From NCBI GenBank assembly GCA_964479005.1, contig CAYZJA010000001.1:1-64000 (forward strand): DNA of 64,000 nucleotides, given 5' to 3'. The notes beneath the pieces are model-generated. The model had not been told where the DNA came from. It did no database searches and saw only the letters and a list, made by a program, of their open reading frames with translations. This document shows, piece by piece, positions 57,679 to 64,000 of this stretch. Position 1 is the first letter of the stretch; each line of letters begins with the position of its first letter. Source of the stretch: an uncultured Candidatus Saccharibacteria bacterium. Lineage in GTDB: Bacteria; Patescibacteriota; Minisyncoccia; UBA6257. Both the position numbers and the translations under genes were made by a program.

Positions 57679-59088
57679 ATGCGCCTTTGGATAAAAGATA
57701 CTCCACAACATATTGATAAAGAGATAACCCTTTATGGATGGGTAGATTCCCGTAGAGATCACGGGAAGATTATTTTTATTGATTTGCGCGACAGAACAGA
57801 AAAAGTACAAGTTGTTTTTTCCCCAGACAAAAAAGAAACTTATGAATTAGGCAATAAACTGCGTCCAGAATGGGTTATAGAGATAAAGGGCGTTGTGAAG
57901 GCTCGTCCCAAATCAATGGAAAATCCCAAAATGCCAACTGGCTCCATAGAAATTGAAGCAACTGGTTTAAAAATATTAAGTGAAGCGCTTACTCCGCCAT
58001 TTGATTTATCAACTGATGGCAAGGATGTTAAAGAAGAAGTGCGTTTAAAATATAGATATTTGGATTTGCGTCGAGAACGCTTGAGTAAAAATATTGTTTA
58101 TAGGCATAAAATAATTAAGTTTATTCGCGATTTTCTTTCTGATGATGGTTTTATAGAAGTGGAAACGCCTATTTTAACTAAATCTACTCCAGAAGGAGCC
58201 CGTGATTATATTGTACCTTCCCGTCTAGATCCTGGAAAATTTTATGCTTTACCACAAAGCCCCCAACAATATAAACAACTTTTAATGGTGGCTGGGCTTG
58301 AAAGATATTTTCAAATTGCCCGTTGTTTTCGGGACGAAGATACGCGTGGCGACAGACAACCTGAATTTACCCAATTAGATTTGGAAATGGATTTTCCTAC
58401 GCAAGAGGACATTTTAAGTTTAATAGAAAATTTATTCAAGCAATTAATTGAAAAAATTTATCCTGAGAAAAAGATTAAAGAATTTCCTTTTCCGCGCATT
58501 AGCTATAAAGATGCAATTGAAAAATATAAATCAGACAAGCCTGATTTGAGAAAAGATAAAAACAATCCAAATGAATTAGCTTTTGCTTTTGTTGTTGACT
58601 TTCCTCTTTTTGAATTTAAAAAAGAAGAAAAGAAATGGGGAGCTGTTCATCATCCATTTACAAGGCCTAAATTAGAAAAAGACGAAACAGTTGAGCAGTT
58701 GATTAAAAGAATTAAAAAAGATCCAGGTAAACCATTTGCCGACCAGTATGATTTTGTTTTAAATGGTTATGAGATTGGAGGTGGTTCTTTAAGAATTCAT
58801 GAGCCAAAATTATTGCAAGCTATTTTTGAACTATTAGGTCATAAAAAAGAAGACATTGTAGAAAAATTTGGCCATTTAATAGGAGCGTTTAAATACGGAG
58901 TTCCTCCTCATGGAGGTATTGCATTGGGGCTTGATAGAATTGTAATGATTTTTGAAGATGAACCGAGTATTCGGGAAGTAATTGCTTTTCCTAAAACCGG
59001 AGACGGCAAAGATTTAATGATGAATGCTCCAGCAGAAGTGGATGAAAAGCAGTTGAAGGATCTTCACATTAAGACTTTAAAATCTTAA
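57679..59088 (+). CDS. aspS: Aspartyl-tRNA synthetase, short archaeal/eukaryal-type (no GAD insertion domain)
   Basis: N-terminal OB fold. Class II motifs FRDEDTRGDRQPEFTQLD and GGGSLRIH...GLDRIVM. At 469 aa it is shorter than the ~590-aa bacterial-type enzyme. Confidence 0.88.
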   Translation: MRLWIKDTPQHIDKEITLYGWVDSRRDHGKIIFIDLRDRTEKVQVVFSPDKKETYELGNKLRPEWVIEIKGVVKARPKSMENPKMPTGSIEIEATGLKILSEALTPPFDLSTDGKDVKEEVRLKYRYLDLRRERLSKNIVYRHKIIKFIRDFLSDDGFIEVETPILTKSTPEGARDYIVPSRLDPGKFYALPQSPQQYKQLLMVAGLERYFQIARCFRDEDTRGDRQPEFTQLDLEMDFPTQEDILSLIENLFKQLIEKIYPEKKIKEFPFPRISYKDAIEKYKSDKPDLRKDKNNPNELAFAFVVDFPLFEFKKEEKKWGAVHHPFTRPKLEKDETVEQLIKRIKKDPGKPFADQYDFVLNGYEIGGGSLRIHEPKLLQAIFELLGHKKEDIVEKFGHLIGAFKYGVPPHGGIALGLDRIVMIFEDEPSIREVIAFPKTGDGKDLMMNAPAEVDEKQLKDLHIKTLKS

Positions 59089-59093
59089 ACCTT

Positions 59094-59105
59094 TGTGCTA
59101 TAATG
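59094..59105 (+). promoter_or_regulatory. Extended -10 promoter TGCTATAAT, with a ~165-nt structured leader before rpmB
   Basis: GTGCTATAATG; leader contains an 8-bp perfect hairpin CAGGACAA...TTGTCCTG (about 59141-59190) and a UGGGU/ACCCA long-range pairing. Confidence 0.45.
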
Positions 59106-59277
59106 CACTGGGTCTTGCCGGATTAAGGAACGATTCAGGACAAGTTGGTTTTCAAAGGGAGCTCAATGTCTTTTGTCCTGTTGGGCAAAAGCGCGAGCAC
59201 CCACTTTACTACTAGCTGATTCGACCTTAGTTGCGGGTAAGGCCCGTTATTTATACTTTTAAACCTTTTATATAATT

Positions 59278-59469
59278 ATGTCACGAGTTTGCTCAATTTG
59301 CGGAAAAAGCTATCAGAATGCCATTAAATACAAAAAAGTTCATTCAGCTTATAACCCAACTTCCCGGCATCGTCAGATGCCTAATTTGCAATGGTTTAGA
59401 ATGCCAGACGGCAAAAGAGTAAAGGCTTGCACTAAATGCCGCAAACGCCTTTCCAAAACAATCTCTTAA
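59278..59469 (+). CDS. rpmB: 50S ribosomal protein L28
   Basis: MSRVCSICGKSYQNAIKYKKVHSAYNPTSRHRQMPNLQ... L28 pattern. Confidence 0.8.
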   Translation: MSRVCSICGKSYQNAIKYKKVHSAYNPTSRHRQMPNLQWFRMPDGKRVKACTKCRKRLSKTIS

Positions 59470-59475
59470 ACCTTT

Positions 59476-59688
59476 ATGAAAAAGGTAAAAATAGATAAAC
59501 AAAAATGCCTCGGTTGCGGAGTATGTATTAGTCTTTGCCCCGAGGTTTTTGAATTAAAGGACGGAAAATCACAAATAAAAGGAAAAGTTGATTTTAAAAA
59601 ACACAAAGATTGTATTAAAGAAGTAATTGATTCCTGCCCTGTAAATGCGATATCATCAGTCATTGCGAGCAAAGGGAAGCAATCTTAA
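59476..59688 (+). CDS. Small [4Fe-4S] ferredoxin
   Basis: CLGCGVCISLCP plus a distal C...CP; 70 aa. Confidence 0.7.
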   Translation: MKKVKIDKQKCLGCGVCISLCPEVFELKDGKSQIKGKVDFKKHKDCIKEVIDSCPVNAISSVIASKGKQS

Positions 59689-59730
59689 TTACTAGTTATT
59701 TGGTTGTTTTTTCACTTTTGATTTTCTTCC

Positions 59731-59807
59731 CGGGGTGTGGCCTAGTGGTTTAGGGCGCTCGCATGGGGTGCGAGAGATCTTCGCAGGTTCGAGTCCCGCC
59801 AGCCCGA
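59731..59807 (+). tRNA. tRNA-Pro (anticodon GGG) candidate
   Basis: Perfect anticodon stem CUCGC/GCGAG with loop AUGGGGU (U33, GGG, G37). T-loop GGTTCGAGTCC. C1-G72 and A73 are Pro identity elements. D-arm GCCU/GGGC. Irregularities: an 8-nt variable region, one mismatch each in the T-stem and acceptor stem, and CCA not encoded. Confidence 0.55.
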
Positions 59808-60386
59808 CAAAACAACAAATACTTCTTTACTTCTTTTCCGCGTTGCTTTGGGTCTGAACATTTTAAAGAATTTAAAAAGCGAAGATACTTTTTTAGCTAA
59901 AAAATGAACATCATTACTTTCAAAGGCTTTACAAACAAAAGAGCCTTCTTTTTTTAATAAAGGGGGAATAAAAGAAAAAGCTTTTTTGATTAATTCAAGA
60001 GAGCGTTCGCTATCAACATCTTTAATTCCAGAAGTTGCTGGAGCAAGATCAGATATAATCACATTGAATTTATCTGGAAGATTATTTTTTTTAAGCAAAT
60101 TTTGAATTTTCTCAACTTTTAGCTTAAAAATATCTTTTTGAAGGAAAATAGCTTTGGTAGAAACAGTAATTGGCTTTAAATCTACTCCCACAACTTTTCC
60201 ATTGGGTTGAATAACTTTTTGGGCGTAAAGTAACCAAGAACCTGGGAAACAACCAAGGTCCAAAACTAAGTCACCAGGTTTAAAAATATGGAATCTTTCG
60301 TCAATTTCTTTTAGTTTATAAACTGAACGGGCAGGATAGCCCTCTTTTTTTGCTTTTTTGAAATAATGGTCTTGGGATTTATACAT
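59742..60386 (-). CDS. rlmE: 23S rRNA (uridine-2'-O)-methyltransferase RlmE/FtsJ
   Basis: SAM motif VLDLGCFPGSWLLYA; K-D-K-E catalytic residues pattern. The annotated 3' end reads through the tRNA-Pro on the opposite strand. Confidence 0.8.
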   Translation of the reverse strand: MYKSQDHYFKKAKKEGYPARSVYKLKEIDERFHIFKPGDLVLDLGCFPGSWLLYAQKVIQPNGKVVGVDLKPITVSTKAIFLQKDIFKLKVEKIQNLLKKNNLPDKFNVIISDLAPATSGIKDVDSERSLELIKKAFSFIPPLLKKEGSFVCKAFESNDVHFLAKKVSSLFKFFKMFRPKATRKRSKEVFVVLSGWRDSNLRRSLAPHASALNH

Positions 60387-60474
60387 TATGTTCAGTATAA
60401 GGAATAAAAATTAAGAGGGCAAGGATATTAATATGTGATTGTGAATAAAGCACAATCATAGTAAAATAATATTA

Positions 60475-63063
60475 ATGAAGAGAATGTGGCATAGTCTTTC
60501 TTGGCAGGAAGCATTGCAAATATTAGATTCAGACTTTAAACAAGGTTTGTCTAAGGAAGAAATAAAGATTCGCCAAAAAGAATTTGGAAAAAACAAGCTT
60601 CCTGAAGAAAAACCATTATCAAAATTAAAAATATATTTGGAGCAGTTTAATAGCCCCTTTGTTTATATTCTAATAGTTGCTGGAATTGTTACTTTATTTT
60701 TAAGAGAATTTGCTGATACTATTGTTATTTGGGCGGCAGTGTTTATGGATACAACCGTTGGGTTTATTCAGGAAAACAGAACTTCAAACGCTTTAAAAGA
60801 ATTAAAAAAGATTATTAAACAAGAATCTGAAGTTCTCAGGAATGGAAATTTAAAAATTATTAATTCTGAAGAATTGATTCCTGGCGATATTATCATTTTA
60901 AATCCTGGAGATAAAATTCCTGCAGACGCGAGAATAATTGAGTCCCAGGGCCTAAAAGTGAATGAGATGACTTTGACTGGAGAATGGTTGCCATCAGAAA
61001 AGATTTTCAGAACATTATTAGGTCAGACGCATTTGATGGACAGGGACAATATGGTTTATATGGGATGTATTATAGAAGCTGGAAAAGGCAAGGCTATTGT
61101 GGTAAATACCGGCATATATACAGAAATTGGAAAGATTGCCAAAATGGTAAAAGAGGCGCCAGAAAGAAAAACTCCTTATCAAAAGAAATTAGCAAGTTTT
61201 TCAACTATGATAGGAATAGGCATTACTTTTGTTTGTGCCTTTATTTTTTTTGAGGGATTAATAAAGGGAAAAGAATTTGTAGAAATGTTTACTACTTCTG
61301 TTGCTGTGGCTGTTTCTGCTATACCCGAAGGATTACCTGTGGCAATAACAGTAATTTTAGCTTTAGGAATGCAGAAAATTTTAAAAAAGAAAGGATTAAT
61401 AAGAAAATTGGCTTCAGCAGAAACCCTGGGAAATACCAGTATAATATGCACTGATAAAACAGGTACTTTGACTAAAGGAAAGATGAAAGTTAGTGAGATA
61501 ATTGGTGATAAATCTTTGGTTCTTAAATCAGCTGTTTTAACATCAGAAGCGTTTATTGAAAATCCAGATGATATTATGAAAAAATGGATTCTAAGAGGTA
61601 GGCCCACAGACAGGGCTTTATTAGAAGCTGGAATTGAAAATGGATTGATTAATATGAAGAAAAAGATGGAAGAAGATAAATTATCTGAGGTTCCTTTTAA
61701 CCCAATAAATAAATTTGCTGCTGCTTTTTATAAAGAATCAGGGGAAATGAATTTGTATATTTGCGGCGCTCCAGAAAGAATTTTTGAAAGAAGTAATTTA
61801 AATGATGAACAAAAAAGAAGATTAGAAGAAAAATTAAAAGGATTAACTAGTAAAGGATTGCGTGTACTTGCTACAGGCTGCAGGAAAGTTGAAAAAAGTG
61901 AGAATATAACTTATGAAATTAAAGGATTAGAAGTGCTTTGTTATGATTTTATTTTTACTGGTTTTATTGCTTTAAATGATCCAATTCGTAAAGAGGTAAA
62001 ACAAGCAATAAGAGTTTGCCAAAAAGCTGGTATGAGACCTATTATAGTTACTGGAGACCATAAATTAACAGCTAAGGCAGTGGCAGAAGAATTAGGTTTT
62101 GAAATAACAAAAGAAAATATTTTAGAAGGAATGGATTTGGATAAATTGTCTAATAAAGAATTTGAAGCAATTCTGGATAAAATACAGATTTATTCTAGAG
62201 TGGAACCTAAGCATAAGATGAGAATTATTGATGCTTGGCAGGATAGAGGTGAAGTTGTGGCAATGACCGGAGATGGAATAAACGACGCGCCAGCTTTGAA
62301 AAAAGCGGATATTGGGATAGCCTTAGGTTCTGGAACAGCTGTGGCAAAAGAAAGTTCAGATTTAATTTTATTAAATGATAGTTTTTCTATCATTGTTAAA
62401 GCCATAGAAGAAGGAAGGGTTATTATTGATAATATTAGGAAGGTTATTACATATTTACTTTCAGATAGTTTCACAGAAGTAATTTTAATAGGGACGAGTA
62501 TCTTTATTGGAGCTCCTTTACCAATAATCGCCGTACAGATATTATGGGTTAATTTAATTGAAGATGGTTTGCCTGATATTGCTTTGGCTTTTGAACCCAA
62601 AGAAGAGGGAATAATGGAACAAAAAGCCCAAGGCCATGAAGTTCATTTATTGACCAAAGAAATGAAATTCATAATTGTGATTATTGGAGTGATTACTGAT
62701 TTAATGCTTTTAGGATTATTCTTTTGGTTATGGAAACTAAATTTTGATATTACATATATCAGAACAATGATTTTTGCCTGCCTTTCAATTGATTCAATTT
62801 TTTATGTTTTTTGTTGTAAAAGCCTGCGTAAGAATTTATGGCAGATTAATATTTTTTCCAATAAACTTTTATTAGTAGCAGCAGTTTTAGGAATAATAAT
62901 GTTGGTAGCTGCTGTTTATGTTCCAATGCTTCAAAGTCTTTTGAAAACAGTACCTTTGGGAATTTATGATTGGTTGATTGTATTGACCTTGGGAATAATT
63001 GAGTTAATTGCTATTGAAGCGGCAAAGCATTATTTTATTGTCCGCCACCAAACCGAAGATTAA
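60475..63063 (+). CDS. P-type cation-transporting ATPase (P2-type, Ca2+/Mg2+-like)
   Basis: Phosphorylation site ICTDKTGTLT, TGD, hinge MTGDGINDAPALKKADIGIALG; about 10 TM helices. Confidence 0.9.
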   Translation: MKRMWHSLSWQEALQILDSDFKQGLSKEEIKIRQKEFGKNKLPEEKPLSKLKIYLEQFNSPFVYILIVAGIVTLFLREFADTIVIWAAVFMDTTVGFIQENRTSNALKELKKIIKQESEVLRNGNLKIINSEELIPGDIIILNPGDKIPADARIIESQGLKVNEMTLTGEWLPSEKIFRTLLGQTHLMDRDNMVYMGCIIEAGKGKAIVVNTGIYTEIGKIAKMVKEAPERKTPYQKKLASFSTMIGIGITFVCAFIFFEGLIKGKEFVEMFTTSVAVAVSAIPEGLPVAITVILALGMQKILKKKGLIRKLASAETLGNTSIICTDKTGTLTKGKMKVSEIIGDKSLVLKSAVLTSEAFIENPDDIMKKWILRGRPTDRALLEAGIENGLINMKKKMEEDKLSEVPFNPINKFAAAFYKESGEMNLYICGAPERIFERSNLNDEQKRRLEEKLKGLTSKGLRVLATGCRKVEKSENITYEIKGLEVLCYDFIFTGFIALNDPIRKEVKQAIRVCQKAGMRPIIVTGDHKLTAKAVAEELGFEITKENILEGMDLDKLSNKEFEAILDKIQIYSRVEPKHKMRIIDAWQDRGEVVAMTGDGINDAPALKKADIGIALGSGTAVAKESSDLILLNDSFSIIVKAIEEGRVIIDNIRKVITYLLSDSFTEVILIGTSIFIGAPLPIIAVQILWVNLIEDGLPDIALAFEPKEEGIMEQKAQGHEVHLLTKEMKFIIVIIGVITDLMLLGLFFWLWKLNFDITYIRTMIFACLSIDSIFYVFCCKSLRKNLWQINIFSNKLLLVAAVLGIIMLVAAVYVPMLQSLLKTVPLGIYDWLIVLTLGIIELIAIEAAKHYFIVRHQTED

Positions 63064-63120
63064 AAACCCCGAAGAGTTATTGACAACCAGTTATTAATAT
63101 ACGATTATATAAATGATAGA

Positions 63121-63561
63121 ATGTTCTTAACGCTCTTTGATAATATAGTTCCCAAAAGTCCTGACCTAAGAATGACAGTCAGGAGAAAGGAGGAAAATAA
63201 AATGGGAACGTCTCAGGTCGTTCTAACAAAGAAAATTTCTTTGTGGGAAGACCCGGAAATCAGAAGTGAGGGTTTAATAGGAACCAAGAATGAGGTTCTA
63301 AAAATTCTCAGCGAAATTCTTGATAAGAATCAACATCCATTGTTTGATTTAGTGCTGTATACAGACGGTCAAGGTAGCACTGGGCCTTTTGTGAATAAAA
63401 TTTTTATTCTTGGAAGACGAGAAGTTATTTCCTGTAATCTACAAGAGATTGCAGAGAGAATAGCTTCTAAAAAGAGATTGAAGAAGAATGAAGTCTGGAT
63501 TAGGGGAATCTGGATCGGGTTTGATCCTTTAGGAAAACCAAGGATTGAGGAATTGACTTAA
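63121..63561 (+). CDS. Hypothetical protein
   Basis: ORF only; no recognisable motif. Confidence 0.35.
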   Translation: MFLTLFDNIVPKSPDLRMTVRRKEENKMGTSQVVLTKKISLWEDPEIRSEGLIGTKNEVLKILSEILDKNQHPLFDLVLYTDGQGSTGPFVNKIFILGRREVISCNLQEIAERIASKKRLKKNEVWIRGIWIGFDPLGKPRIEELT

Positions 63562-63810
63562 TTTTTTCTAGTCTTTGTTATAAAAGAAAGAAACGCGTAC
63601 TTATAAAAAATAGAAGGAGTAAAGTATTATGATTTTCATAATACTTTCTCCTTCCCAAACATTTCAAAATTTTAAGCCTAATTATAGGGCTTTTTTTATT
63701 ATTTACGTTTAATTCAAAGGGTTAACATAGCATAGAAAAGGGAGTAAAATATGTTATATAGCTGAAAACTCAAAATTTAAAGGGTTGGAAGTTAATTAAA
63801 AGATAAATTT

Positions 63811-64000
63811 ATGGAGAAACAAGAAAATAATTTTGCCTTTATTGATAGTCAAAATCTTAACTTAGGAATTCAAAGTTTAGGCTGGAAATTGGATCATCGA
63901 AGATTTAGAATTTATTTAAAGGAAAAGTATAGAGTCTCAACGGCATATCTTTTTATTGGTTATATTCCGGCTAATCAGGATTTATATTCTGCATTACAAA
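63811..64000 (+). CDS. NYN/LabA-like domain protein, 3' end runs off the window (partial)
   Basis: Hand-translated from the ATG at 63811: MEKQENNFAFIDSQNLNLGIQSLGWKLDHRRFRIYLKEKYRVSTAYLFIGYIP... resembles the N-terminus of NYN-domain proteins. Confidence 0.35.
   Translation, partial: MEKQENNFAFIDSQNLNLGIQSLGWKLDHRRFRIYLKEKYRVSTAYLFIGYIPANQDLYSALQ

Noticed and set aside
59106-59260. Possible SRP (4.5S) RNA in the aspS-rpmB spacer
   Set aside because: CCGGAUUAAGGAACGAUUCAGG superficially recalls the SRP domain IV GGAA region, but the symmetric-loop/tetraloop architecture (UCC-GGAA-GGA, AGCAG) is not present. It is kept only as a structured leader.
1-64000. CRISPR arrays, rRNA genes, IS elements/transposases, integrases
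   Set aside because: No regularly spaced direct repeats with unique spacers, no rRNA-like conserved stretches, and no transposase or integrase motifs were seen. The only tandem repeat is the in-frame 66-bp coding repeat at 1088-1302.

Overview
This is a low-GC (roughly 30-35% by eye), gene-dense bacterial fragment. Genes are small and tightly packed, with many 4-nt ATGA stop/start overlaps. From gene content alone I infer a Candidate Phyla Radiation / Patescibacteria-like (Parcubacteria-type) genome: the window holds an archease-RtcB pair, endonuclease Q, the anaerobic RNR NrdD/NrdG, a GspE/PilB-type ATPase, split ComEC, an archaeal-type short AspRS, and a KH-trmD pair without rpsP/rimM/rplS. 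About 50 CDS are called. Positions 1-8.9 kb are a cell-envelope block: a secreted repeat-containing surface protein, a secreted HExxH metallopeptidase that shares a peptidoglycan-binding domain with it, an O-antigen-ligase-like/TPR membrane protein and a bi-domain oxidoreductase. The rest is mostly housekeeping: polA, holA, rpsT, rplT-rpmI-infC, smpB-ssrA, ileS, rpmF-nusB-rnc, an SMC-like gene, rpoB-rpoC-clpB, pth, an LCP gene, lepB-hisS-rpsU-ybeY-ftsA-ftsZ, nrdDG, comEC, aspS, rpmB, a ferredoxin, tRNA-Pro, rlmE and a P-type ATPase. No rRNA and no CRISPR array were seen. The RNA genes found are a tmRNA (ssrA) next to smpB, one tRNA-Pro(GGG) candidate, and one unclassified ~160-nt sRNA candidate with a perfect TTGACA-N17-TATAAT promoter and an intrinsic terminator. 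Most notable observations: (1) a 964-aa GspE/PilB-type ATPase that is a complete head-to-tail tandem duplication, with two full ATPase cores and two tetracysteine Zn sites; (2) an endoQ / small membrane protein / membrane-anchored Clp-like AAA+ operon whose first AAA+ domain has degenerate Walker A and B motifs; (3) a recurring composite upstream motif, GYGAR-N-AAGGTTCT in tandem, ending in AGGTTCTTAT, in front of endoQ, rpoB and lepB; (4) (A/C)TAACAR heptad repeats including an exact 19-mer that sits 26-44 nt upstream of both rpmF and nrdD but in opposite orientations; (5) ComEC split into a channel gene and a metallo-beta-lactamase gene; (6) a tRNA-Pro overlapping the 3' end of rlmE on the opposite strand. 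All calls rest on reading the sequence and ORF translations; no database search was run.
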